From Octopus sinensis (taxonomy: Eukaryota): a stretch of DNA of 64,000 nt. Below are positions 52,603-64,000 of this stretch, piece by piece. Below the pieces are notes generated by a model. That model ran no database searches. It was not told the DNA's origin and saw only the letters and a list, made by a program, of their open reading frames with translations. The position numbers were made by a program, and so were the translations under genes. The stretch spans positions 6,634,001 to 6,698,000 of the forward strand of contig NC_043009.1 of assembly GCF_006345805.1 (NCBI RefSeq), written 5' to 3'. How positions within the stretch are numbered: position 1 is the first letter of the stretch; every line of letters starts with the position of its first letter.

Positions 52603-54890
52603 CCAGGTTGCTTCTACGCATGTACAAGTCAGTGTTGTGCTTGAAACCGAAGATGTAAGACGTGTTTTTGAAAGCCGTCTTAAATTGAAGACTTTTGAAT
52701 ACTCAGCCGTAAGGTAAGAATATTGGGGGTCTTGTAGGGACCTGCTGTATGTTGCAAATTATTTTTACAAGGAACAAGTCCTCACTGGGCTCTAGTCTGC
52801 CGGAAGCTGAGTGAAAATATTATTCACTTAATTGTGAAAATTATTGGTTTGGTAGGCGTATCCTGCCAAACTTTTATTTGAAAATAGTGTTGTTCCTGTT
52901 AAGGTGTACCTAGAAGAAATTTGGAATGATTTCTTAACTGTTTTACAGTTGTGTTAAATTTTGGCCATAACGGTGAATTGAGAATTTTTTTGAAAATTCT
53001 TCTTGTGAATTCTAGTGGGCGTATCTCGCCAAAGAAAAAAGAATAAGCCGTTTGGATTACCTTTTTGGATTACCTTTTTGGAGTATTATACAAAGGATTC
53101 CCCGTCTGTGCTATTTGTGAGATTTTTCTTTTACTTATCCCTTCATCTATTATTTCTTTCTTTCTCTAAAAATTTTTAGTTCATTCTTTCATTACTTTAA
53201 TTTCAGTTTCCTCCCTCCCCTTTATTTTTGTTTGTTTTATTTTTTTTTTATTATTTTTTTTGGCAGACTGTCTTTTGAACTACTCTTGAACTGTTTTTCG
53301 ACATGGCAGAGAAGGAACTTAAAAAGAAAAACTCTGTCTTAGAGTGGGAAATTAACCCGCCTAAGCAATGGTTAAAAGATATGGAAGAGAAAACGATGGT
53401 ACTTAGAACATATCCTAAAGTTCTTAATTCCATCACCGTCTTCCCAAAACAAGTTATAAAAAATGACTTTAAAGAACATTTGTCCTCTGTAAAATATATA
53501 TCCCGTGGTGTCAAACATACAACCGTATGGTTGCTGTTTGACAACGAGGAAAAAGCTCGCCAGTTTGCGAGTCAGCCTTTAGAAGGCAAGGAAATCCTGT
53601 TTCTCCCGTCATATTGTGGAAGAAAATTAATACGAGCCTGGATATGTGGGCTCCCCCCGGACACTGAAGCGGATTGGATTGAAGATACCATCCGACGGGG
53701 ACTGGGGGATGGCGGGCTCGAGCTCTTAAATGTAAGGGTATTGCTGGCGGTCGATTGGGAAGGGTCAAAAGCGATTTTGACCCTGTGGACCCCATCGGCC
53801 GCAACAGAACTGGTTTTTCCAGGTTTCTTGAAAATGGCTGGCTGCAGGCATCCGGTGATACTTGAGGGACGTCCCCCAAAGTGTCACTCGTGCCTGCAGC
53901 CAGACCACATTAAAAGGGACTGCCCTCAGGACCATGGTAATGTCCTGGAACAGTCAGCAGATGCCACCTCCCCTACTCGGTCAAAGGGAGAGGTGGATGT
54001 GGTCGAGGAGGCTTCAGACTCCTCAACTCAAAAAGGATTAAAGAAGAAGAAGGCGGGCAACAATAGTTGCCCGCCGAAGGAACCTAAGGCTTCGGGAGGC
54101 GGGGAAGAGTCTCCGGACAAAGCGGAAGGGCTCCACTTTCCTGAAGTCAGGAAGAAAAGAAAAAAAAAGAAAGAAGAACGGGTCATCTCAGCAAGGAGAT
54201 GATGTGCCGACTGCATGTCCTGAAGTTGTGCCACCCACGTTGGAAGAAACCACCCCCACCCTTAAAGATGATCAATTAATTATCTTTTTCTACAAGAGCG
54301 GCGAGGTGGAAAAATAGTAGAAGAACTTAAAGAGACAGTAGATATGCCCTTCACACGGGATCTCGAATGGTCTCCGCAGATAGCTGGGAGGTCATAAGGT
54401 TTCCCTTGTGGGAAAGGCTTAAAGGATTTGGGGAGGAGTGTCGCAAATGGCCGGGTGGCCCTTACACGACTTACATGTCCTACATGAGTGAGGCATGGGA
54501 AATGGCGGGATACAGGATCTCAAGCGGCATTGAAGATAATGATGAATATATCGCTGGATATATCGAAGAGTAGGAGGTGAAAGACCCTCGTTACAGAGTT
54601 TGAAACCTCACCTTATTGGACTATTTTGTAGTGGTTTATAACCTCAATTTTGTGGTTTAAGAAAGAAAAAAGAAAATATGTTAAGTAAGAGGTTTTAGTG
54701 ACTCTTCCTTGTAAAAGGTTCGAAACCTTATATTGATTAAAAAAAAAAGAAAATATGTTTTCGAGAAAAATCCAATCGGCGGGTGTTGGGTTTCGTCTCT
54801 CATTTATTCATTCTATTTCATTTTCATTCATTAATGTGTTTGTCCAGCCCGCAAAGCTCTTTGTACTATCTATGACAAATTTTTGAAATC
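52603..54890 (+). mobile_element. 2288-bp ORF1-only (non-autonomous) Tx1-like retroelement with a 13-bp TSD
   Basis: TSD AAGTAGCTTGCTT at 52590-52602 and 54891-54903. No TIR, LTR, RT or endonuclease is visible. It carries a single gag-like ORF. Confidence 0.8.
53303..54202 (+). CDS. Tx1/L1-type ORF1 (gag-like nucleic-acid-binding protein with a zinc knuckle)
   Basis: ATG start. EGRPPKCHSCLQPDHIKRDCP is CX2CX4HX4C preceded by the Tx1-type 'G.P..C' context, followed by a low-complexity K/E/S tail. The N-terminal RRM-like region is inferred only. Confidence 0.78.
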   Translation: MAEKELKKKNSVLEWEINPPKQWLKDMEEKTMVLRTYPKVLNSITVFPKQVIKNDFKEHLSSVKYISRGVKHTTVWLLFDNEEKARQFASQPLEGKEILFLPSYCGRKLIRAWICGLPPDTEADWIEDTIRRGLGDGGLELLNVRVLLAVDWEGSKAILTLWTPSAATELVFPGFLKMAGCRHPVILEGRPPKCHSCLQPDHIKRDCPQDHGNVLEQSADATSPTRSKGEVDVVEEASDSSTQKGLKKKKAGNNSCPPKEPKASGGGEESPDKAEGLHFPEVRKKRKKKKEERVISARR

Positions 54891-55414
54891 AAGTAGCTTG
54901 CTTACCAACTACATGGTTCTGGGTTCAGTCCCATTGCCTGGCAACTTGGGTAAGTGTCTTCTATTATAGCCTTGGGACGACTAAGGCCTTGCGAGTGGAT
55001 TTAGTCGACGGAAACTGAAAGAAGCCCGCCGTTTATATGTGTATATATATATCTGTGTGTATTTGTGTGTATATATTTGCGTGTCTGTGTTTGTCCCGCC
55101 CCAACATCGCTTGACAACATATGCTGATGTGTTTCGAATAAGTACTAGACTTACAAAGAATAAGTCCTGGGGTCGATTTGCTCGTCTAATGGCGCTGCTC
55201 CAACATGGCCACAGTCAAATTATGTATATCAGTGGTTATCTGCAGGTCTACGTAAGCTTAGTTCAAATCCAGGATTTATGAAAAAAGCAAAAGTGAATTC
55301 TACTTCGCATTTTACACGACTTTCTAACGATTTTGCCAATCCAAACAACAAAAATAACACCTCATCTATTGAGGTATAGATACATACGTAAATACTCTCA
55401 ATACTCCTCATGAA

Positions 55415-55772
55415 TTACATGGTTCCGGGTTCAGTCCCACTGCGGGCCACCTTGGACAAGTGTCTTCTACTATAACCTCCGGCCGTCCAACGCCTTGTGA
55501 GTGGATTTTGTAGACGGAAATGAATGTGAATGAAGCCTGTCATATGTATGTATATATATATTTATGTATGTATATATGTTTGTGTGTCTGTAGCCCCCCC
55601 CCATCGCTTGACAATCGATGGTGGTGTGTTTACGTCCCCGTAACTTAGCGGTTCGGCAAAAGAGACCGATAGAATAAGTACTTAGCTGACAAAGAATAAG
55701 TCCTCGACTAAAGGAAGTGCTCCAGCATGGCCACGGTCACATGACTGAGACAAGTGAAAGAGTAAAAGAGTA
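55415..55772 (+). mobile_element. SINE family B lacking the A-box end
   Basis: ACATGGTTCCGGGTTCAGTCCCACTGCG..GAAAGAGTAAAAGAGTA. Confidence 0.9.
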
Positions 55773-55848
55773 TCTATATATGTGTGTGCGTGTGTGTTTG
55801 TGTGTGTGTGTGTGTATATATACACACACACACACATACATATGCGTA

Positions 55849-56062
55849 GGGAGGGGTGCTAAAAAGTTCCAGGAATTAACGATGTCACGTTAGGCCTGGT
55901 TGAAGGCCCAATATTCTGAGTTCTTTTACAGGGCTTAGAAAAACTGAAGGACCGCTCCAATAAATGTGTGAATCTCAAAGGGAAATGTGTTGAATAAAAT
56001 CATTAAGTGATTCTCTTGCATTTTCTTTTACCCACAGCCAGAAACGTTTCAGCTCCCCCGTG
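55849..56062 (+). mobile_element. Internally deleted mariner derivative (MITE-sized)
   Basis: TA flanks and TIR GGGAGGGGTGCTAAAAAGTT / AACGTTTCAGCTCCCCCGTG. It keeps the transposase C-terminus QGLEKLKDRSNKCVNLKGKCVE*. Confidence 0.75.
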
Positions 56063-56296
56063 TACATAGGTATATATATTGGCCTGCTTATCTACCTTGT
56101 AGGGTGGCATAATTCAAAAGATATTTACGATGCAATGCGCACTGTGTCTAGCGTATAATAATCCGGCAGTCTGGTATGTGTGTGTGTGTGTGTATCAGAA
56201 GCCTTTCTTGATCCGTAGGCTCTACGGAGAGTTTTTCGAATTCTGTGAATTAAATGCTCCTCCATTCGGCGGGACACCACTCCGTCACATTATTAC

Positions 56297-56329
<33 letters not shown>

Positions 56330-56332
<3 letters not shown>

Positions 56333-56520
56333 AGAGTTTACGAAAAAAACAAAAGACGAAGACAGGTGGTGTACAAAACAAACAGATGTGTTAGTATAAC
56401 GCTAAGGAATAGAAAAAGTCTTTTACGTTTTGAGCCTATGCTCTTCTACAGAAAAGGACACAGAAGAAATAAGGAGAGAGAGAAACAAGAAAAGAAAAAA
56501 AATGTGTGTAGTGGCTAACG
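56330..56520 (-). mobile_element. Penelope-type terminal-repeat fragment with a degenerate hammerhead-like motif (56419-56456)
   Basis: Reverse complement CTTTT-CTGTAGA-A-GAGCATAGGCTC-AAAACGTA-AAAGA. It abuts (TA)n. Confidence 0.65.
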
Positions 56521-56634
56521 ATCTATCATGGCGACTGATAGATATAAAGATATAGATATAGTTATAGATATAGATATGCCTATATACATACGTATATGTA
56601 CATACTTACATCTATACGCATATATGTATATATT

Positions 56635-57085
56635 GGCACAGTACGTCTCGAAACGTGTACAACAAAAAAGTATGAAGAACGAGTACATGGAACTTAAATA
56701 ATTCATTCAAACAACAAACGACAGAAAGTGAAAACAAAACAAACAACATAAGGGACGACCCTTCATGAGTTGTTGGCTGTTTTTCTCTCGTATTTTGAGC
56801 ATTTCACGCGTTCGCCACCACAACCAGGATTAGGCTTAGCAGCCCTTCCCGTTTGTATTCTCTGTCCTGTTTGTGTTACCTATTTTCACTCTCCGCAAAA
56901 TCCCCAATTTTATTTAAATTGGTTTGCAGGGGCAACTGTTTTATCGAAAACGTGTATTGTTATTTTATGCTCGTTTCCCATGTTTTGTTTTCCATTTGTA
57001 TCGTTCGTTGTCCGAAAGAATAATTCATGTTCCATGTACTGTGCTTCGTACATTTTTGTTGTACACGCTTCATGACGTCCTCTGC
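56635..57085. repeat. ~450-bp element with ~100-bp imperfect inverted ends
   Basis: CGTGTACAACAAAAAAGTATGAAG..GTACATGGAAC..GAAAACAAAACA is mirrored by TGTTTTGTTTTCC..GTTCCATGTAC..CTTCGTACATTTTTGTTGTACACG. Confidence 0.65.
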
Positions 57086-58361
57086 CCAAATATGCATATG
57101 TATATAAATATAGCTGTAAGTATGTACATATATGTATGTATGTATGTATATATATTATTTATATTATTATATATAGGTGTGTATATATATGTACATATAC
57201 GTATATATATATATATATATATACGGTTTGTATATATATATGTATGTGTGCATGTATGTATGTATGTGTATGTATGTACGTATGTATGTATGTATGTATG
57301 TATGTATGTTTGTATGTATGAATATATGTATGCAGAAGTGTGAACATATATCTAACCATGAACCGTTGTGCATGGGAAAGAGTGAATTCACGATTCTCAA
57401 AGATATAAACAGGTCAACTTTTATATACACATTTACTTAGGCATATGCATATATATATATTTTCCATGTGTATGTGTGCGCATGTGAGTATGTGTGTGTG
57501 CGTGCGCCTGCGTTTTGTGTCTCAGTTCGTGTGTGTATCTATGTGTGAACATATTTATGCTTCTCTGTTGGTGTTGTTTGTACGTGTTTTTTACATCCTG
57601 AATATTCCAATATTCCATGTATACACACAAATAAAAACAGGTATAAACACAGATCATTAAAAAAAAAGGCACAGATTTACATTCTCCTGGGTTATAAGTA
57701 AACGTCAACAACAACAAATTTCCAAAAAAGTATTGAAACAAATGCCTTTACAATTCATTGTGCTTATATGCGTTATTATAGTTTTCGATTTAATTCCCTT
57801 GTGTGTGCGCACTCTCCTGTTCATAAGGAGAGAACTATACTTCAACAGCTTTTACAATATATTTCTAATCAATGTTAATGTTAAAAATATTTATTCCCCG
57901 AAGCAAAGCCTAATTAGTCAGCATTCAATTTGCTAGCACATAAACCGGATAGAAGTTGAAATATCCATTTACGTAGAATTTATGACAGATAAAACACAGT
58001 CTGCTATTTTGCTTGCTTATATTTACAAACTCCATTCTCCTTCTCATTAGGAAGTGTCACTATGAGCTTCATAAATATTTAGGATCAAAAAGGGTCAAAC
58101 ACAATTGAGCTCTGACTTGTATTTTACCCTGCTTTCAATATATTTTGTTCCCTTTCGTTTCGTTTTTAACTCGTATTTTCTGTCTTTATTAAAGCATTAA
58201 TCTTTTAGCGTACACTCAATCTAAATTTATACATCTATGTACATTTAAACATAGATGCATATATGTGTGTGTGTGTGTGTGTATCTACGTCTTTACATAT
58301 ATATATATATATATACACATACGTATATATAGATATACCTTTATATATACGTAGATATTTT

Positions 58362-58437
<76 letters not shown>

Positions 58438-58614
58438 CATATCTATATATATACATAACTACATATATCTATATGCATAGCTATATACATAAATATATAC
58501 TTATTTGTATGCATGTATAAATAAATATATATATGTAACATATATTTATATATATAGATAACTATATATTTATGTATATAGCTATGTATATAGATATATG
58601 TACTTATGTATATA

Positions 58615-58650
<36 letters not shown>

Positions 58651-58680
58651 GATAAATATCTATGTATATATAAAGGTATA

Positions 58681-58720
<40 letters not shown>

Positions 58721-59169
58721 CGTGGGCGTCAATGCATACCTGCTTACGTATTTGCTTGTGTTATAAACTAGATATACGTACACACACACACACATACACA
58801 CATATATATGCGTATTTGTATATATATATGAATTGTATATATATATATATATATGAATTATGTATATATATATACGTAACTCATGCCGGCATTTCGTTGC
58901 ACTGTGTTACCTTACGAACACCATACTCTCTCGAGGTTCTATTTTTGCCTTTAATCCCTGTAGAATCGATAAAATAAATGTTCCGTATTATCGATAAATT
59001 AAATACTGGTGTTGTTTTAACCATTTACACACCAGTTCCTCAAAGTCTACCCTTATCTGAAAGATTACGTGCCGACGTATATTAGAGAATATATTTATGA
59101 TGTTTTTATCATCGCTTTGTCATTATCTTTGCCAACGCTTTATTTCATGCTATACTATGTTATCCTATT

Positions 59170-59345
59170 AAGGAGGCAAGCAACCAGAATCGTCAGAACG
59201 TCGGGGAAAATGTTTCGGGCTGTATTTATTCTGGTTCATTACATTTTACGTTCAAATCATGCTGTAGTCCCCTTTGCCTTCCATTGTTTCAGGGTCGATC
59301 AAACAACGTAATGAGTAATGCGTTCAGCGGTAGGGAGAGACATTT
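59170..59345 (+). mobile_element. SINE family A, old copy
   Basis: GGCAAGCAACCAGAATCGTCAG..GTTCAAATC..TTTGCCTTCCATTGTTTCAGGGTCGATCAAA. Confidence 0.65.
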
Positions 59346-59397
59346 ATCACTGAAAATCATGACCCTTGTTCCCAAGTTGAAAAAGACTGTTATGCTT

Positions 59398-59434
<37 letters not shown>

Positions 59435-59469
59435 GTGAGAATGAGAGAGAGCGAGAGAGAAAGAAAGAA

Positions 59470-59513
<44 letters not shown>

Positions 59514-59712
59514 TTCGAAGCGTGTTGTGTACATGTGTGTCTGTGTGTATTTCTGTGCGTCTGCGTCTGTCTTTGTACATCACCCCAATTTGATAACTGT
59601 CTTTGGTATGTTTACGTCCATATATGTATGTATATAGGCCAAAACTATATGTATACGAACAGATATACCTCATTTCTGTATATGCAATCTTGACTTACTT
59701 GAAGCGGGCAAC

Positions 59713-59756
59713 GGCCGACAGGTTTCGATCTTTTCTAGAGATATCATCAGTAAACC
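59713..59756 (-). ncRNA. Degenerate hammerhead-like motif
   Basis: CTGATGA-T-ATCT-CTAGAAA-AGAT-C-GAAA-CCTG-TC, with poor stem I pairing. Confidence 0.4.
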
Positions 59757-60358
59757 TATTTTATAAAGAGATTAGCCTTACATCTACATATACAAACATT
59801 TTTCGATTAGTCTTTCGGAATATTCTATATTCACAAATATCGTTCAAATCTCGGAAAAATATGTTATTAATATTCAGTGTCTTTCATTCCAATTATTCCA
59901 GTGAACCTATATTAAGAACAAGCCGTCTCGTCTGCCCATATTGCCCTTGGTATAGTGCCGTGTACTTAAGCACAGTTACGTATACACACACACGCATACA
60001 TACATATGCACATATGTATATATACTTAGATATGTATATGTATGATTATATCGGAGAGGATGAAATAGCAAATCCAAGTGGAGTTTTCATGACATTTATA
60101 ATAAAATGGTCTTACAGCTGTTTCTTCATAAGAAACGGTGTGAGAAAATATCTGAGTTCGAATTATTGTGGAAAAGATAAGGTGGGAATATAAAGGGAAA
60201 TAAGAGAATGAAAGCAGAAATAAGATATATAAAGATGTTATAGTTGCAGTTCAATTATTCCAGGAAAATGGTCTATCTGGATGTTTTGTTGTCCCTTTTT
60301 GTGTCAGCTGGTTGTCCGGATGTTTTGCGTTCTTGTCCCATTTTGCATTATATATATA

Positions 60359-60435
<77 letters not shown>

Positions 60436-60437
<2 letters not shown>

Positions 60438-60622
60438 TCATCATCATCATTTAGCGTCCGCTTTCCATGCTAGCATGGGTTGGACGGTTCGACCGGGGTC
60501 TGTGAAGCCAGAAGGCTGCATCAGGCCCAGTCTGATCTGGCAGTGTTTCTACGGCTGGATTCCCTTCCTAACGCCAACCACTCCGTGAGTGTAGTGGGTG
60601 CTTTTTACATGCCACCGGCACG
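60436..60622 (-). mobile_element. 5'-truncated Deu/Nin-domain-type SINE with an (ATG)n tail
   Basis: Reverse complement contains GGTTGGCGTTAGGAAGGGAATCCAGCCGTAGAAAC (Deu/Nin-like, from memory) and ends AACCCATGCTAGCATGGAAAGCGGACGCTAAATGATGATG. Confidence 0.75.
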
Positions 60623-60625
60623 AGA

Positions 60626-60656
<31 letters not shown>

Positions 60657-61273
60657 GCGGCGTACAAACACTTTGTTCTCTTATATGTAAGTACACATTT
60701 CACAAAATTTTGTACGAGTTTTTAAACCCCCCCCCCCTCTCCTTCACTTTCCTTTGCCTTTCTTACTCACTTTTCACTTCACTATGTCCCTGTCTCTCTG
60801 TTTTTCTCGCCACTCTTTGATTCTTCCGTCTATCTACTTCTACACACTCTCTCTCGTTCTCTCTCTTCTCCCCCTCCTTAATTCCTTTGTTCCTCTTTTT
60901 CTCTCTCTTCTCTTCTCATGTGACCTATTGGCCGACTGCTAGCCTTTTTGCGTCTGACCACTGTCACTGCCACAACGATATTCTTCCCTGTGCCGTAAGG
61001 CTTCATTTCTACACACGCCAGCTGAATTCAATTCGTCACCAGTCGAAAGACACCTGTTGTTATGTCCTGTTATTATTATTATTATTGTTATTTTTATTGT
61101 ATTTTTGTATTTATGTTCGTGTAACATCGTCTGTTTTTCCGTCCTTGTTTTCGCATACATTTAATGCTTTTTTCCAAGGAATCTAATGCTCTTAGCTTAG
61201 TTTTTTCTTGGGGCTGGCCAGATTAGAGCAATCTCAAGATTATTCAGCCGAAATTGCGAAGATGATCCGGTTC

Positions 61274-61405
61274 TTGACTGAAGATAAAAGGATTCGAATG
61301 ACTCGTCCTTGTTTTTTTGTATCGTCTATCTGGATGTTTTGTTGTCCCTTTTTGTATCATCTGGTTGTCCGGATGTTTTGCGTCCTTGTCCCATTTTGTA
61401 TTTTA

Positions 61406-61410
<5 letters not shown>
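61274..61410 (+). repeat. Dispersed repeat ending at (TA)n (same family as 33726-33860)
   Basis: Near-identity by eye. Confidence 0.7.
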
Positions 61411-61449
<39 letters not shown>

Positions 61450-61585
61450 CTCTTTTACACTGTTACTTGTTTCACTAATTTGAGTGTGGCCTTGCTGAAG
61501 CACTAAACTTTAGTTGAAGAAATGGACCCCTGAAGTTATTCTTTGTAAGCCTAGTGCTTATTCTATTGATATCTCTGGCCGAATC
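61450..61585 (-). mobile_element. SINE family B, 3' fragment
   Basis: ACTCTTTTACACTGTTACTTGTTTCA..TTATTCTTTGTAAGCCTAGT. Confidence 0.7.
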
Positions 61586-61779
61586 ACTTACATTACCTTT
61601 CATACACACGTACATAAATGAGCGAAGATAAAGAATATCTACACCACCCATTTTCGGCGTAACCCTGGTCCTAAACACAAGGAGAGCGTATTCTTGACCT
61701 TCGCCCATAAATATGCATACATCTTTTTTGTGCGTGATAGAGAGAGAGAGAGAAAGAGACAGACAAACAGACAGACAGA

Positions 61780-62100
61780 GTGAGGCTGTATTTCGTTATG
61801 GAGTATGGCCATTGCACGAAGCTTAACTGTTACTGGTGCTGTGATCGAATGTGACTTTTTTAGCCCAGCTAAAGATCTACAAAGTCTTGTACAGAATTGG
61901 CAGCTAAAACCTTTACCGGTAATAGCCGGCTGTAGTTGTAGCTGGGCTTCATGTACCTTTGCATGTCGTTTAAGTCCTCCTGCCCAATTACACTCTCTTC
62001 CACATGCCTGACAGATATGATTAGTATGGTGTGTAACACCACGACCAGTGGCCAGGTTGTCACTCATCTGTCTCGCGTTATGACTACGAAGACGACTCTT
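61780..62100 (-). mobile_element. RTE-type LINE 3' fragment with C2H2 fingers, between (GACA)n and (TACA)n
   Basis: CQACGRECNWAGGLKRHAKVH and CQFCTRLCRSLAGLKKSH, ending GGCCATACTCCATAACGAAATACAGCC. Confidence 0.75.
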
Positions 62101-62193
62101 ATTTTTACATACATACATAGATACATACATACATACATACATACATACATGCATACATACATACATACATACATACATGCATGCATGCATGCA

Positions 62194-62226
<33 letters not shown>

Positions 62227-64000
62227 GGAGGCAGAAACTTGTAAGCAATGGCAATGTCAATATAAAAATTGTGTAGTTTCATGGTTTTATTGAAAAGCTG
62301 GATTAGCAATTGATCGCTACTGGAAACAGATACAGAACTGAAAGAAAAAAGTTTCTCATTATGGTGGGTTTTCATTTAAATTAACTTAAGTATTATGATT
62401 CACAATGTATTAAGGTTTCTAACATAAAGTTTATTAGTAATAGTAACATTGCTCCAAGCCAATTGGTCTATTTGTTTGGTTTTTTTATTATATTATACGG
62501 TAAATCCATATAAAATTATATGATGTGCGTGTGTGTGCATAAGTATATCTGTGAGTTTATGAGCACATGCATTCATTCATACATATATACATACACACAC
62601 ATATGTATATATGTATGTATTTACGTGTGTATGTATTTAAGACTGTTTATGTATGGGTGTGTGCGTTTGTTCTTTTGCAAATTTAGGAAGAAAAATTGTT
62701 AAAGCAATATTTGCATGTAACTCTGTAATTCTGTAATTGGAGTACGTAAACCAATGAGCATCGGGGCTCAACATCCATTAATCACTCAGTCACGACACAC
62801 ATGATATGATGGTGGAAATTTATGAAAGCCTTTCACGGAAATATACCAATCCTACTTAATCCAACACTTTTATACGCGTTCAGAATCAGTAAAACAAATA
62901 AAAACCGAGATTATATTTCTGAAATTGGATTTAGATAGAGAATCATGCAGAATAAGAAGGACGGGAGACTAACAGACTGAAGCAAATTATATATTGAATA
63001 AATATAATAATATAATAAACAATAGAGTGTATAAACTACAGCATTTCTCCCCTCTTAAAGAATTCCGATGGAACACTTTAGAAAGACTGCAACAGTAAAT
63101 GTTTCCAGCAGCAATAATTCTGTCGTTTAAATAAAAACTAAAACAGCGATTAGAAGAACACACGCAACGGGTATTGATTTCTGCTGATGTTCACTTGAAA
63201 GGGAGCAACAGTTTTCAAAAACGTATTCCCCCTGCTTCGTTGGCTGTGTACCAAACTATTCAGGATATATATAAATCAGAAACAAATATTCTCTTTTTTC
63301 GAAATACCCTAAACGTGATTTATTTGCTCGTATTGATATCATGAGAGTGACTAGTAAAGTAAAAGAATTAAACGCGCCACGGGTATGATGAAAATCTGTA
63401 GCGGTATAGTCGTTTATCATAATTGGAAGCCATTTTTCTGAGTGTTCTGTTGAATAATTTAAAATTAAAAACAAAGAAAAACATATAATAATGAAAGAGT
63501 TGGGGGAAAAAAGAAGATAGAAAATTATGAAGTACAAAGGTAGAATCGTAAACTAAATGTAATAGAAAATGAAATAGATAGTATTGTTGGACGCGTCTAA
63601 AAGCTATCATTTTTAGGCGTTCGTTTTTCATTGATAACTAACAATGGGCTATTATCTCGAACTAAAAGTCCAGAAAATGACAGGAAATGGAGTCGTTTAA
63701 GTTCAATTAATATGAATTATTATGTACATTATAATGATAAAACATTGTTCGGAGTTACACCATCGTTTTAGCTATAATATGTAGATATCCGTTGCGAACG
63801 TTGAGGAATAATTTAACAGTTACCATTAATGTGGTTATTCTGAAAAATTTTATTGAAGTGGTGTTAGTATTTTCACTAATCTTATACTACTTTTGTTAGG
63901 TGCTTTTTAATTTCTACAAGTTTATGACTTTCTGACGTCATGAAATTATACGATTGTAAATATGGCTTTACTAGATTAATAGATATTACATTAGTGCAAA

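Larger units (their letters stand above)
52568..55220 (+). mobile_element. SINE family B split by a 2.3-kb insertion (52568-52602 + 54891-55220)
   Basis: The head GGCGTAGGAGTGGCGGTGTGGT-AAGTAGCTTGCTT resumes as AAGTAGCTTGCTT-ACCAACTACATGGTT. Confidence 0.92.

Noticed and set aside
53080-53110. Short direct repeats (TTGGATTACCTTT x2 near 53052-53080) as CRISPR- or LTR-like units
   Set aside because: A simple local tandem duplication. There is no repeat-spacer array anywhere in the window.
56190-56290. RRMEEHLIHRIRKTL as a PLE endonuclease end
   Set aside because: A single weak motif. It is plausible beside the 56330 repeat but cannot be supported.

Overview
Repeat-saturated, AT-rich eukaryotic DNA. 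The SINE families look like octopus/coleoid cephalopod (recognised from memory, not searched). There is one 100-N scaffold gap. I found no convincing host protein-coding gene, and most of the ORF track is translated microsatellite. The window holds at least three tRNA-headed SINE families plus a Deu/Nin-type SINE tail, a young 5'-truncated Tx1/L1-clade LINE embedded in (GATA)n, and RTE, R4/Dong and Penelope-like (RT + GIY-YIG) fragments. It also has a full-length decayed mariner, a mariner derivative and Merlin-like/hAT-like MITEs. The most interesting signals are: (1) a 2.3-kb ORF1-only Tx1-like element inserted into a SINE tRNA head, with a 13-bp TSD and an intron-like 5' leader; (2) a SINE family whose 3' tail matches the Tx1 LINE 3' end; (3) nine hand-folded type I hammerhead-ribozyme-like motifs in Penelope-type terminal repeats, four of which share a non-canonical CUGUNGA core.
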